A stretch of DNA of 64,000 bases from the NCBI RefSeq assembly GCF_030384885.1, contig NZ_CP128613.1; one strand, 5' to 3'. Each line of letters begins with the position of its first letter. Within the stretch, counting starts at the first letter, position 1. Under the pieces are notes generated by a model, which made no database searches, was not told where the DNA came from, and saw only the letters and a list, made by a program, of their open reading frames with translations. Positions 19,949 through 31,029 of the stretch are shown piece by piece. A program made the translations under genes and the position numbers. The stretch comes from Escherichia coli. GTDB lineage: Bacteria > Pseudomonadota > Gammaproteobacteria > Enterobacterales > Enterobacteriaceae.

Positions 19949-21999
19949 TGAGCGCGCTCAACTCCCTGCCATTACCGGTGGTCAGGCTGCTGGCGTTCTT
20001 TCATGAAGAGTTAAGCGAGCGGCGACCAGGCCGCGTGCCGCAGACTATGCAACTCTGGGTAGGCTGCTTGCTGGTGATTCTGATCTCGATGACTTTTGAG
20101 ATCCCTTTTGTGGCGTTATCACTGGCAGTGCTGTTTTACGGTATTCAGTCGAACGCGTTTTACACCAAATTTGTGGCGATCTTGTTTGTGGTCGCCACGA
20201 TGCTGGAAATCGCCAGCCTGTTTTTGATCTACAAATGGTCATATGGCGAACCGTTGATCCGATTGATCATTGCCGGACCGATCCTGATGGGCTGTATGTT
20301 TTTGATGCGCACCCATCGGTTGGGGCTGGTTTTTTTCGCCGTCGCCATTGTCGCCATTTACGGGCAAACATTCCCCGCCATGCTCGACTATCCGGAAGTG
20401 GTCGTGCGCTTAACGCTGTGGTGTATCGTTGTCGGCCTCTACCCGACGTTATTGATGACGTTAATCGGCGTGCTGTGGTTTCCCAGCCGCGCTATCACGC
20501 AGATGCATCAGGTGCTTAATGATCGGCTTGATGATGCCATTAGCCACCTGACGGACAGCCTCGCACCGCTACCCGAAACGCGGATTGAAAGAGAGGCGCT
20601 GGCGCTGCAAAAACTCAATGTCTTTTGCCTCGCGGACGATGCCAACTGGCGAACTCAGAGCGCATGGTGGCAAAGCTGCGTGGCAACGGTAACCTACATT
20701 TACTCGACGCTGAATCGCTACGATCCCACCTCTTTTGCTGATTCTCAGGCAATTATTGAATTTCGGCAAAAATTAGCCTCAGAAATCAACAAACTGCAGC
20801 ATGCCATTGCCGAAGGTCAGTGCTGGCAAAGCGACTGGCGGATCACTGAAAGTGAAGCGATGGCGGCACGGGAATGTAACCTGGAGAATATCTGCCAGAC
20901 ATTGTTGCAACTGGGTCAGATGGACCCGAATACGCCGCCAACGCCCGCCGCCAAACCGCCATCAATGGTCGCCGATGCTTTTACCAATCCAGACTATATG
21001 CGCTACGCGGTAAAAACGCTGCTCGCCTGTTTGATCTGTTACACCTTCTACAGCGGCGTGGACTGGGAAGGCATTCACACCTGTATGCTGACCTGCGTGA
21101 TCGTCGCTAACCCCAATGTCGGTTCGTCGTATCAGAAAATGGCGCTGCGTTTTGGCGGTGCCTTCTGCGGTGCAATTCTGGCGCTGTTATTCACGTTACT
21201 GGTCATGCCCTGGCTGGACAATATTGTCGAATTGCTATTTGTGCTGGCACCGATTTTCCTGTTGGGCGCATGGATTGCCACCAGCTCTGAACGCTCTTCT
21301 TATATCGGCACACAGATGGTGGTCACCTTCGCGCTCGCCACGCTCGAAAACGTTTTTGGCCCGGTGTACGACCTGGTGGAAATTCGCGATCGCGCCCTGG
21401 GTATCATCATTGGTACCGTGGTGTCCGCGGTGATTTACACCTTTGTCTGGCCTGAAAGTGAAGCGCGCACACTGCCGCAAAAACTGGCTGGTGCGCTGGG
21501 TATGTTGAGTAAAGTAATGCGGATCCCACGCCAGCAGGAAGTCACGGCTCTGCGCACTTATCTGCAAATTCGTATAGGTCTGCATGCGGCGTTTAATGCC
21601 TGTGAAGAGATGTGCCAACGCGTGGCGCTGGAGCGTCAACTGGACAGCGAAGAACGCGCGTTACTGATTGAACGTTCGCAAACGGTTATTCGTCAGGGCC
21701 GCGATATTCTTCACGCCTGGGATGCAACCTGGAACTCGGCGCAGGCGCTGGATAACGCACTACAGCCGGACAGAGCAGGCCTGTTTGCCGACGCACTGGA
21801 GAAATACGCCGCCGGCCTGGCAAGCGCACTCAGCCGTTCTCCTCAAATTACACTTGAAGAGACACCCGCCTCGCAGGCCATCCTGCCGACCTTATTAAAA
21901 CAGGAGCAATACGTCTGCCAGCTTTTTGCCCGCTTGCCAGACTGGACTGCCCCGGCATTAACGCCCGCCACGGAACAGGCACAAGGAGCCACGCAATGA
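19948..21999 (+). CDS. mdtO: Multidrug efflux inner-membrane component MdtO
   Basis: 683-aa polytopic ORF; start overlaps mdtN stop. Confidence 0.9.
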   Translation: MSALNSLPLPVVRLLAFFHEELSERRPGRVPQTMQLWVGCLLVILISMTFEIPFVALSLAVLFYGIQSNAFYTKFVAILFVVATMLEIASLFLIYKWSYGEPLIRLIIAGPILMGCMFLMRTHRLGLVFFAVAIVAIYGQTFPAMLDYPEVVVRLTLWCIVVGLYPTLLMTLIGVLWFPSRAITQMHQVLNDRLDDAISHLTDSLAPLPETRIEREALALQKLNVFCLADDANWRTQSAWWQSCVATVTYIYSTLNRYDPTSFADSQAIIEFRQKLASEINKLQHAIAEGQCWQSDWRITESEAMAARECNLENICQTLLQLGQMDPNTPPTPAAKPPSMVADAFTNPDYMRYAVKTLLACLICYTFYSGVDWEGIHTCMLTCVIVANPNVGSSYQKMALRFGGAFCGAILALLFTLLVMPWLDNIVELLFVLAPIFLLGAWIATSSERSSYIGTQMVVTFALATLENVFGPVYDLVEIRDRALGIIIGTVVSAVIYTFVWPESEARTLPQKLAGALGMLSKVMRIPRQQEVTALRTYLQIRIGLHAAFNACEEMCQRVALERQLDSEERALLIERSQTVIRQGRDILHAWDATWNSAQALDNALQPDRAGLFADALEKYAAGLASALSRSPQITLEETPASQAILPTLLKQEQYVCQLFARLPDWTAPALTPATEQAQGATQ

Positions 22000-23462
22000 T
22001 CAATCGTCAACTTTCACGCCTGCTGTTGTGCAGCATTCTCGGCAGCACGACGCTGATTTCCGGCTGTGCCCTGGTACGTAAGGATTCTGCGCCTCATCAA
22101 CAGCTCAAACCGGAACAAATCAAACTGGCCGATGATATTCATCTTGCCAGCTCCGGCTGGCCGCAGGCGCAGTGGTGGAAACAACTCAATGACCCGCAGT
22201 TGGATGCTTTGATCCAACGGACGCTAAGTGGTTCACACACCCTCGCCGAAGCGAAACTGCGGGAAGAAAAAGCGCAGTCGCAGGCCGATTTGTTAGATGC
22301 CGGTTCACAATTACAGGTCGCAGCGTTAGGGATGCTCAACCGCCAACGTGTCTCGGCGAACGGCTTTTTAAGCCCTTATGCTATGGATGCGCCAGCACTG
22401 GGTATGGACGGGCCGTACTATACGGAAGCCACAGTCGGTTTGTTTGCCGGACTGGATCTTGATTTGTGGGGTGTGCATCGCTCAGCGGTTGCCGCCGCCA
22501 TTGGCGCGCATAATGCCGCGCTGGCAGAAACCGCAGCGGTGGAGTTATCGCTTACAACGGGCGTGGCGCAGCTTTATTACAGTATGCAGGCCAGCTATCA
22601 GATGCTCGATCTGTTGGAACAAACCCGCAGTGTGATTGATTACGCGGTGAGAGCGCACCAGAGTAAAGTGGCGCACGGTCTGGAAGCGCAAGTGCCTTTC
22701 CACGGCGCGCGGGCGCAGATTCTGGCGGTCGATAAACAAATTGCTGCCGTTAAAGGGCAAATCACCGAAACGCGAGAATCTCTGCGTGCATTGATTGGCG
22801 CAGGAGCCAGCGATATGCCGGAGATCAAAGCGGTGGCATTACCGCAAGTCCAGACCGGTATTCCGGCGACACTCTCTTATGAGTTGCTCGCCAGACGCCC
22901 GGATCTGCAAGCCATGCGCTGGTATGTTCAGGCGTCATTAGATCAGGTGGATTCCGCGCGGGCGCTGTTCTACCCGAGCTTTGATATCAAAGCATTTTTC
23001 GGCCTGGATTCTATCCACCTGGATACCTTATTCAAAAAAACCAGTCGCCAGTTCAACTTTATCCCAGGTCTGAAATTGCCGCTGTTTGACGGTGGACGGT
23101 TGAATGCCAATCTCGAAGGCACTCGCGCCGCCAGCAACATGATGATTGAACGTTACAACCAGTCAGTGCTGAATGCGGTGCGCGACGTTGCCGTCAACGG
23201 CACGCGTCTGCAAACACTCAACGACGAGCGAGAGATGCAGGCTGAACGCGTGGAAGCAACGCGCTTCACCCAGCGCGCTGCCGAGGCCGCCTATCAACGC
23301 GGCTTAACCAGCCGCTTACAGGCCACCGAAGCCCGGTTGCCAGTGCTTGCCGAGGAGATGTCATTACTGATGCTGGACAGCCGCCGGGTGATCCAAAGCA
23401 TTCAGTTGATGAAATCGCTGGGTGGCGGGTATCAGGCGGCTCCCGTCGTCGAGAAAAAATAA
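21996..23462 (+). CDS. mdtP: Outer-membrane efflux channel MdtP (TolC-like)
   Basis: 488 aa; lipobox LISGC; start overlaps mdtO stop. Confidence 0.9.
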   Translation: MINRQLSRLLLCSILGSTTLISGCALVRKDSAPHQQLKPEQIKLADDIHLASSGWPQAQWWKQLNDPQLDALIQRTLSGSHTLAEAKLREEKAQSQADLLDAGSQLQVAALGMLNRQRVSANGFLSPYAMDAPALGMDGPYYTEATVGLFAGLDLDLWGVHRSAVAAAIGAHNAALAETAAVELSLTTGVAQLYYSMQASYQMLDLLEQTRSVIDYAVRAHQSKVAHGLEAQVPFHGARAQILAVDKQIAAVKGQITETRESLRALIGAGASDMPEIKAVALPQVQTGIPATLSYELLARRPDLQAMRWYVQASLDQVDSARALFYPSFDIKAFFGLDSIHLDTLFKKTSRQFNFIPGLKLPLFDGGRLNANLEGTRAASNMMIERYNQSVLNAVRDVAVNGTRLQTLNDEREMQAERVEATRFTQRAAEAAYQRGLTSRLQATEARLPVLAEEMSLLMLDSRRVIQSIQLMKSLGGGYQAAPVVEKK

Positions 23463-23501
23463 AATGTCAGCCGCGTGATGGCTGTCACGCGGTATTTCGT
23501 T

Positions 23502-23524
23502 TCGTCACGTCAAAACTGACGACA
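23502..23524 (+). promoter_or_regulatory. Putative FhlA upstream activating sequence for fdhF
   Basis: Inverted repeat tcgtca-N-tgacga (tcgtcacgtcaaaactgacgacag) about 90-110 bp upstream of the sigma54 element; function inferred from known fdhF regulation. Confidence 0.4.
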
Positions 23525-23592
23525 GCCTGTTTTTCGTCAGAGTTTTGAACAAATAGTGCCCGTAATATCAGGGAATGACCCCAAATAAAATG

Positions 23593-23608
23593 TGGCATAA
23601 AAGATGCA
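23593..23608 (+). promoter_or_regulatory. Sigma54 (-24/-12) promoter of fdhF
   Basis: tGGcataaaagatGCa matches the TGGCAC-N5-TTGCA consensus spacing, about 50 bp upstream of the fdhF ATG. Confidence 0.7.
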
Positions 23609-23659
23609 TACTGTAGTCGAGAGCGCGTATGCGTGATTTGATTAACTGGAGCGAGACCG

Positions 23660-25807
23660 ATGAAAAAAGTCGTCACGGTTTGCCCCTATTGCGCATCAGG
23701 TTGCAAAATCAACCTGGTCGTCGATAACGGCAAAATCGTCCGGGCGGAGGCAGCGCAGGGGAAAACCAACCAGGGTACCCTGTGTCTGAAGGGGTATTAT
23801 GGCTGGGACTTCATTAACGATACCCAGATCCTGACCCCGCGCCTGAAAACCCCCATGATCCGTCGCCAGCGTGGCGGCAAACTCGAACCTGTTTCCTGGG
23901 ATGAGGCACTGAATTACGTTGCCGAGCGCCTGAGCGCCATCAAAGAGAAGTACGGTCCGGATGCCATCCAGACGACCGGCTCCTCGCGTGGTACGGGTAA
24001 CGAAACCAACTATGTAATGCAAAAATTTGCGCGCGCCGTTATTGGTACCAATAACGTTGACTGCTGCGCTCGCGTCTGACACGGCCCATCGGTTGCAGGT
24101 CTGCACCAATCGGTCGGTAATGGCGCAATGAGCAATGCTATTAACGAAATTGATAATACCGATTTAGTGTTCGTTTTCGGGTACAACCCGGCGGATTCCC
24201 ACCCTATCGTGGCGAATCACGTAATTAACGCTAAACGTAACGGGGCGAAAATTATCGTCTGCGATCCGCGCAAAATTGAAACTGCGCGCATTGCTGACAT
24301 GCACATTGCACTGAAAAACGGCTCGAACATCGCGCTGTTGAATGCAATGGGCCATGTCATTATTGAAGAAAATCTGTACGACAAAGCGTTCGTCGCTTCC
24401 CGTACAGAAGGCTTTGAAGAGTATCGTAAAATCGTTGAAGGCTACACGCCGGAGTCGGTTGAAGATATCACCGGCGTCAGCGCCAGTGAGATTCGTCAGG
24501 CGGCGCGGATGTATGCCCAGGCGAAAAGCGCCGCCATCCTGTGGGGCATGGGTGTAACCCAGTTCTACCAGGGCGTGGAAACCGTGCGTTCTCTGACCAG
24601 CCTCGCGATGCTGACCGGTAACCTCGGTAAGCCGCATGCGGGTGTAAACCCGGTTCGTGGTCAGAACAACGTGCAGGGTGCCTGCGATATGGGCGCGCTG
24701 CCGGATACGTATCCGGGATACCAGTATGTGAAAGATCCGGCTAACCGCGAGAAATTCGCCAAAGCCTGGGGCGTGGAAAGCCTGCCTGCTCATACCGGTT
24801 ATCGCATCAGCGAGCTGCCGCACCGCGCAGCGCATGGTGAAGTGCGTGCCGCGTACATTATGGGCGAAGATCCGCTACAAACTGACGCGGAGCTGTCGGC
24901 AGTACGTAAAGCCTTTGAAGATCTGGAACTGGTCATCGTCCAGGACATCTTTATGACTAAAACCGCATCAGCGGCGGACGTTATTTTACCGTCCACCTCG
25001 TGGGGCGAGCATGAAGGCGTGTTTACTGCGGCTGACCGTGGCTTCCAGCGTTTCTTCAAGGCGGTTGAACCGAAATGGGATCTGAAAACGGACTGGCAGA
25101 TTATCAGTGAAATCGCCACCCGTATGGGTTATCCGATGCACTACAACAACACCCAGGAGATCTGGGACGAGTTGCGTCATCTGTGCCCGGATTTCTACGG
25201 TGCGACTTACGAGAAAATGGGCGAACTGGGCTTCATTCAGTGGCCTTGTCGCGATACTTCAGATGCCGATCAGGGGACTTCTTATCTGTTTAAAGAGAAG
25301 TTTGATACTCCGAACGGTCTGGCGCAGTTCTTCACCTGCGACTGGGTAGCGCCAATCGACAAACTCACCGACGAGTATCCGATGGTACTGTCAACGGTGC
25401 GTGAAGTCGGTCACTACTCTTGCCGTTCGATGACCGGTAACTGTGCGGCACTGGCGGCGCTGGCTGATGAACCTGGCTACGCACAAATCAATACCGAAGA
25501 CGCCAAACGTCTGGGTATTGAAGATGAGGCATTGGTTTGGGTGCACTCGCGTAAAGGCAAAATTATCACCCGTGCGCAGGTCAGCGATCGTCCGAACAAA
25601 GGGGCGATTTACATGACCTACCAGTGGTGGATTGGTGCCTGTAACGAGCTGGTTACCGAAAACTTAAGCCCGATTACGAAAACGCCGGAATACAAATACT
25701 GCGCCGTGCGCGTCGAGCCGATCGCCGATCAGCGCGCCGCCGAGCAGTACGTGATTGACGAGTACAACAAGTTGAAAACTCGCCTGCGCGAAGCGGCATT
25801 GGCGTAA
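23660..25807 (+). CDS. fdhF: Formate dehydrogenase H, selenocysteine-containing (in-frame UGA at 24077-24079)
   Basis: ORF-track ORFs 23660-24079 and 24128-25807 are in the same frame, separated only by TGA; N-terminal Cys cluster CPYCASGC; total 715 codons. Confidence 0.95.
24080..24122 (+). promoter_or_regulatory. SECIS element (selenocysteine insertion stem-loop) of fdhF
   Basis: Stem-loop-forming sequence cacggcccatcggttgcaggtctgcaccaatcggtcgg immediately 3' of the in-frame TGA. Confidence 0.85.
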
Positions 25808-25822
25808 TACAGTCCTTTCTAC

Positions 25823-25849
25823 AGCCTCCTGTCGGAGGCTGTTTTTTTA
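25823..25849 (+). terminator. Rho-independent terminator of fdhF
   Basis: cagcctcc-tgtc-ggaggctg hairpin followed by TTTTTTT. Confidence 0.8.
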
Positions 25850-25900
25850 TCCATTCGAACTCTTTATACTGGTCACTCCCTACCCAATCGTATTATCAAA

Positions 25901-26590
25901 ATGAAAAAAATTATCGCATTGATGTTGTTTTTGACATTCTTTGCCCATGCTAACGGCTCCGAGCCTGGCAGTCAGTATTTAAAGGCTGCAGAGGCTGGGG
26001 ACCGACGCGCACAATATTTTCTTGCCGACAGCTGGTTTAGCTCCGGCGATTTGAGCAAAGCCGAATATTGGGCACAGAAAGCCGCCGACAGCGGTGATGC
26101 TGATGCCTGCGCGCTGTTGGCGCAGATCAAAATCACCAATCCGGTCAGTCTGGACTATCCACAAGCAAAAGTTCTTGCAGAGAAAGCGGCGCAAGCGGGC
26201 AGTAAAGAAGGTGAAGTAACGCTGGCGCATATTCTGGTAAATACGCAAGCGGGTAAACCGGATTATCCAAAGGCGATTTCGCTGTTAGAAAACGCCTCGG
26301 AAGATCTGGAGAACGACTCTGCCGTCGATGCCCAAATGCTGCTTGGTTTGATTTACGCCAACGGCGTGGGCATTAAGGCCGACGATGACAAGGCAACCTG
26401 GTATTTCAAACGCAGCTCTGCGATTTCCCGAACCGGTTATTCCGAGTACTGGGCGGGAATGATGTTCTTAAATGGTGAAGAAGGTTTTATCGAGAAGAAC
26501 AAACAGAAGGCGCTGCACTGGCTGAACCTGAGCTGTATGGAAGGGTTTGATACCGGGTGTGAAGAGTTTGAAAAATTAACTAACGGTTAA
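25901..26590 (+). CDS. yjcO: Sel1-repeat (TPR-like) protein YjcO
   Basis: 229 aa with signal peptide and repeated AxxWxxKAA Sel1-like motifs. Confidence 0.8.
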   Translation: MKKIIALMLFLTFFAHANGSEPGSQYLKAAEAGDRRAQYFLADSWFSSGDLSKAEYWAQKAADSGDADACALLAQIKITNPVSLDYPQAKVLAEKAAQAGSKEGEVTLAHILVNTQAGKPDYPKAISLLENASEDLENDSAVDAQMLLGLIYANGVGIKADDDKATWYFKRSSAISRTGYSEYWAGMMFLNGEEGFIEKNKQKALHWLNLSCMEGFDTGCEEFEKLTNG

Positions 26591-26665
26591 TGTAGGCCTG
26601 ATAAGACGCGGCAAGCGTCGCATCAGGCATCCACACATTGCCGGGTGTATGTCCCCGGCAATCCT
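26591..26665. repeat. REP (repetitive extragenic palindromic) element
   Basis: gtaggcctgataagacgcg...cgtcgcatcaggc plus gccgggtgtatgtccccggc palindromes between yjcO and gltP. Confidence 0.8.
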
Positions 26666-26668
26666 CAA

Positions 26669-27982
26669 TTATTGATCCGCAGTTTTATCAAATTTGCCCA
26701 GCACTTCGCGCTCATAAGCCAGCGCTTTCTTACGGTCAAATTTGTGTTCCCACTTGGCAATCACCAGCACCGCCAGCGCATTACCCACCACGTTCAGCGC
26801 AGTACGCGCCATGTCGAGGATACGGTCAACACCGGCAATAAACGCCAGACCTTCCAGCGGGATCCCTACGCTGCCCAGCGTTGCCAGCAACACCACAAAC
26901 GACACGCCCGGCACGCCAGCAATCCCTTTCGAGGTCACCATCAGCGTCAGCACCAGAATGATTTCCTGCCAGATGGACAGGTCAATGCCATACAACTGCG
27001 CGATGAAAATAGCGGCAATACTTTGATACAGCGTCGAACCATCAAGGTTAAAAGAGTAACCGGTCGGCACCACGAAACTGGTGATCGACGCCGGTGCACC
27101 GTAGGCTTCCATCTTCTCAATAATTCGCGGCAACACGCTTTCAGAGCTGGCAGTGGAGTACGCCAGAATCAGCTCATCTTTCAGAATACGAATCAGGATC
27201 CAGACGCTTAACCCGCACAGGCGCGCCACAATTCCCAGCACTACCAGCGCGAAGAACAGAATGGCGAAATGCACCAGCAGCACCAGTTTCGCCAGTGGCC
27301 ACAGAGACGAGAAACCAAAGTTAGCCACCGTCACCGCAATCAGCGCAAACACACCCACCGGCGCATAACGCATCACCATATGAGTCACTTTAAACATGGT
27401 TTCAGAGATGGAGCGGAACACGGTCACCAGCGGTTCACGATGCGTCGCGGGCAGGGAGGAAAGCCCCAGACCAAACAGTACCGAGAAGAAGATGATCGGT
27501 AACATTTCGCCTTTCGCCATCGACGCCACAATATTCGTCGGCACCAGAGACAAAATCGTGCCCATAATACCGTGGGAACTGCTCTGTACCGCTTCTGTAG
27601 TGCTCTGATATTTCGAGATATCGACGGTTGCCAGCTGCGACATATCCACCCCAGCACCGGGCTGGAAGACGTTCGCCAGGGTGATCCCCAGAATGATGGC
27701 GACAGTGGTGATCACCTCGAAATAGATAATGGTTTTCGCGCCAATACGCCCGAGCTGTTTGGCATCACCAACACCCGCGATACCCACCACCAGCGTGGAG
27801 ATCACAATCGGCACAACAATCATTTTGATCAGATGGATGAAGATATCACCCGCCGGAGAGAGCAAATTGACGACCAGCCAGTCGCGGCTGTCGCTATGGT
27901 AGTGCAGGTAGCTTCCCAGGAGAATGCCCAGCACCATAGCAAACAGAATCTGCCAGGCCAGGCTGAATTTTATATTTTTCAT
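26669..27982 (-). CDS. gltP: Glutamate/aspartate:proton symporter GltP
   Basis: 437 aa from ATG at 27980-27982 (MKNIKFSLAW...); polytopic. Confidence 0.9.
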   Translation of the reverse strand: MKNIKFSLAWQILFAMVLGILLGSYLHYHSDSRDWLVVNLLSPAGDIFIHLIKMIVVPIVISTLVVGIAGVGDAKQLGRIGAKTIIYFEVITTVAIILGITLANVFQPGAGVDMSQLATVDISKYQSTTEAVQSSSHGIMGTILSLVPTNIVASMAKGEMLPIIFFSVLFGLGLSSLPATHREPLVTVFRSISETMFKVTHMVMRYAPVGVFALIAVTVANFGFSSLWPLAKLVLLVHFAILFFALVVLGIVARLCGLSVWILIRILKDELILAYSTASSESVLPRIIEKMEAYGAPASITSFVVPTGYSFNLDGSTLYQSIAAIFIAQLYGIDLSIWQEIILVLTLMVTSKGIAGVPGVSFVVLLATLGSVGIPLEGLAFIAGVDRILDMARTALNVVGNALAVLVIAKWEHKFDRKKALAYEREVLGKFDKTADQ

Positions 27983-28322
27983 CAGAATAACTTCCTCAAT
28001 GGAGCGCCGTTCCCGTTCAGAAACGCGAGAACGTGACATACTGCCAGGGCATGAATTGTGTTGCGTTGGTTTGTAGATTTTTTTAACGCTTATAATCAGT
28101 ATCATTTGCGCGGTATGTTGCGCAACCCTTTAACAACAGAGCTTTTCGCTACATTAATGCATAATAACGCGAGTTTATGGCAGGATTAATGAATAACCAT
28201 TTGTTATGGAAAGATTTTTATTTGTTTAACCTGCAATAATACTGATTAGTGATTATTTTGGGCATATGTTCATTCGATTATTTTTTATGCAGCTCAATAA
28301 CATAATCTTCATCACCAGATGA

Positions 28323-28919
28323 TTAATCTGATCTCCGCTGCAACAGTTTCGCCAAATTAATCGACTCGACCAGCTGTGTTCGGTTGACCCGGGGTGAGTT
28401 TAAATCCATCACTTTTTGCCATAATTCGATGGCTTGCGTGTAATTCGCCTGCATAAACGCATCGGAAGCCAACAGCATCAGAGCGGTGATTTCGTTAGAG
28501 TCCAGCGCGAGTGCTTTGTCGATCATTGCGCGAGTCTGGGCGGTCATATGCTGGCTGGCCTGGTAATACAGCACCGTCGCCAGCGCCGCATACAGTTCAG
28601 CGTTATCGCCACGTAGTTGCAACGCCTGACGGTACGCCAGCAGCGAATTGCTGTAATCGTTTTGCCACAGATAATACTCGCCCAGTAACGCCCACTGTTC
28701 GCTGTTTTGTGGATTAGCGCGAATTTTATCCTGTAATGCCTGAAGCTGCGCTTCCGGGGTTTGCTGGCTGGCAAACTGATATAGCGGATCGCGCTGACGC
28801 TGATACTCCGCACGCACCGCCTGCCATTTCTGGCTTAACAGATAACTGCCAACACAGAGAAATACCATCAAAATCGTGAGTGTTGTCAGCATCTTCACCG
28901 GTATTTGAGGCTGTTTCAT
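28323..28919 (-). CDS. nrfG: Formate-dependent nitrite reductase complex TPR protein NrfG
   Basis: 198 aa from ATG 28917-28919; TM anchor plus TPR repeats. Confidence 0.85.
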   Translation of the reverse strand: MKQPQIPVKMLTTLTILMVFLCVGSYLLSQKWQAVRAEYQRQRDPLYQFASQQTPEAQLQALQDKIRANPQNSEQWALLGEYYLWQNDYSNSLLAYRQALQLRGDNAELYAALATVLYYQASQHMTAQTRAMIDKALALDSNEITALMLLASDAFMQANYTQAIELWQKVMDLNSPRVNRTQLVESINLAKLLQRRSD

Positions 28920-29299
28920 CGCTTCGCCCTTACCCGCCAGAGGATCAAGGCCATCAGCAGTAACAACACCACTGGCAGCGCCCACAACACGAGCGTCTGA
29001 CCGGTTAACGGTGGGTTATAGCGAACAAAATCTCCGTAACGTTCGGTCATCCAGCCAATGATTTCGACTTCACTTTTCCCCTCCGCCACCATGCTGTAAA
29101 CCTGATGGCGCATACTGACTGCCACCGGCGCATTGGATTCCAGTAAGTTCTGATTCTGGCATTGCGGGCAGCGTAACTGGCTGGCAATAGTTAACGCCTG
29201 TTCCTGTTGTTGCGGGTTGGCGAATTGCCATGTGTCTACGACCTGAGCGCGCGCAAAACAGGTAAATAACAGCAGTAGCATGAGAAGACCTTTATTCAT
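28916..29299 (-). CDS. nrfF: Cytochrome c maturation protein NrfF (CcmH-like)
   Basis: 127 aa; CPQC thiol-oxidoreductase-type motif; overlaps nrfG start. Confidence 0.85.
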   Translation of the reverse strand: MNKGLLMLLLLFTCFARAQVVDTWQFANPQQQEQALTIASQLRCPQCQNQNLLESNAPVAVSMRHQVYSMVAEGKSEVEIIGWMTERYGDFVRYNPPLTGQTLVLWALPVVLLLLMALILWRVRAKR

Positions 29300-30974
29300 C
29301 GCGCTTCCTTACCCGCCATCCGCTTAACAATGCGCCCACGATCATCAACAATCCTCCCCCCCAGATCCAGCGCACACCGCTTTGTACATACAAACGAAAA
29401 GCGTAACGATCCGCTCCGGTTTTCTCGCCCATGACCGCATACCAGTCATGGATGCCGTTCCAGCGAATTGCCGGTTCCATCATTTGCTGACGACGTGCTT
29501 CGTAAAAACGCCGCTCCGGCGTCAGTTCACCAATGCGTTGCTGATGGTCAAACAGCGCCACTATCGCTTTTTCGCTGGTGTAATTACCTTTGGCTTGCAG
29601 ATCGAGGCGCTCAAAACGGAAGGTATATCCTGCCAGAGTCACCTGCTGACCCGGCTGTAAATTCAGGCTGATCTCCTGACGGCTGACGCTGGAGACCACG
29701 ATCCCCGCGGCAAATAACAGCACACCCGCATGCGCCAGCAGCGCCGGAAGCTGCACGCGTTTGCCAGAGACAAACGTCGCCAGCACAATCACTACCAACA
29801 TCAACAGACCAAACGGTAACGTTGCGCGGTTAAAATATGGCGCACCAACGGAGAGGCGTCCCCAGCCCAGCAGGCCGTAAATCATCGGATAAAGCGTTCC
29901 CACCAGCACGATCAGTAGCACTGCGCAAAACAGCAACAGCGTAGCGAGGATTAACATTTCCCGCGATAACCCCGAAAAACGCACCGCCGGGCCACCGTCC
30001 CGCGCTCGCCAGCCATACAGAGCCAGAGACGCAAGGCTAATCAGTGCAAACAGGCTGAACAACGGCACGGCGCGGACGTTATCCAGCGCGAACGCATGAA
30101 CCGAAACCAGAATGCCAGAACGGACAATTAAGGTGCCCAGCAGCGACAGCATCAGAGTAACTATCGCCAGTAACAGCGACCAGTGGCGGAAAATCCCCCG
30201 CTGGCGTGTCAGGGACAAACTGTGCAGCAATGCAGTGGCAGAAAGCCAGGGTAATAAAGAGGCGTTTTCCACCGGGTCCCAGAACCACCAACCGCCCCAG
30301 CCCAGTTCGCAATAGGCCCACCAGGAACCGAGGATGATCCCCGCCGTTAATGCGCTCCAGCCAGGTAGTGCCCAACGCCAGCAAATTCGGGCGCTGACAC
30401 CATCAAACTCGCCGCGCAGTAGACTCGCCAGCGCCACGCTCGCCGCTACCATTAAACCGCCATAGCCAAGGTAAAGCAGCGGTGGATGAAAGATAAGACC
30501 GGGATGTTGCAGCATCGGATTGAGATCTCGGCCTTCGATTGCTGGTGGAAATATCCGCGCAAACGGATCGGACCACAGCACCACAAACAGCAACAGTGCG
30601 GCGAGCATGAGAGATAAAACGGCTAATGTCAGCGGAAATAGCGGATCGGTTTGCTGCCGATAATGCCAGGCAAACAGCGCGCTCCAGGCGGAAAGCAGCA
30701 GCACCCAAAGCAGCAGCGAACCTTCATGACCGCCCCACACTGCCGCCAGTTTGAGTTCCCACGACAGCAGGCTATAGCTATGTTGGGCGACATAAATGAC
30801 CGAGAAATCGCTGATGAGAAAACAATACGTCAGTACGCCAAAGGCGAGCAGCAGGAGCGCGAACTGTGCCAGAGTGCCGATGCAAGTGAGTCGCATCATG
30901 GCAGGCCAGCGCAACCGCACTCCCGCGAAGGCCGTCAACGGGGTCAACACGTTGACCCCAAGACTTAACAACAA
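29292..30974 (-). CDS. nrfE: Cytochrome c-type biogenesis protein NrfE (CcmF-like haem lyase); exact start uncertain
   Basis: About 560-aa polytopic ORF with WGGxWFWDPVEN motif. Confidence 0.85.
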   Translation of the reverse strand: MLLSLGVNVLTPLTAFAGVRLRWPAMMRLTCIGTLAQFALLLLAFGVLTYCFLISDFSVIYVAQHSYSLLSWELKLAAVWGGHEGSLLLWVLLLSAWSALFAWHYRQQTDPLFPLTLAVLSLMLAALLLFVVLWSDPFARIFPPAIEGRDLNPMLQHPGLIFHPPLLYLGYGGLMVAASVALASLLRGEFDGVSARICWRWALPGWSALTAGIILGSWWAYCELGWGGWWFWDPVENASLLPWLSATALLHSLSLTRQRGIFRHWSLLLAIVTLMLSLLGTLIVRSGILVSVHAFALDNVRAVPLFSLFALISLASLALYGWRARDGGPAVRFSGLSREMLILATLLLFCAVLLIVLVGTLYPMIYGLLGWGRLSVGAPYFNRATLPFGLLMLVVIVLATFVSGKRVQLPALLAHAGVLLFAAGIVVSSVSRQEISLNLQPGQQVTLAGYTFRFERLDLQAKGNYTSEKAIVALFDHQQRIGELTPERRFYEARRQQMMEPAIRWNGIHDWYAVMGEKTGADRYAFRLYVQSGVRWIWGGGLLMIVGALLSGWRVRKRDE

Positions 30975-31029
30975 CGCCAGAAAACCGACTTCAGGAAGGA
31001 ATACGTCCAGAAACCACCTCTTTTCTGGC

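Noticed and set aside
26669-28105. 478-aa N-terminally extended version of gltP
   Set aside because: The extension is hydrophilic non-transporter sequence; the start at 27982 (MKNIKF...) gives the expected 437-aa transporter.
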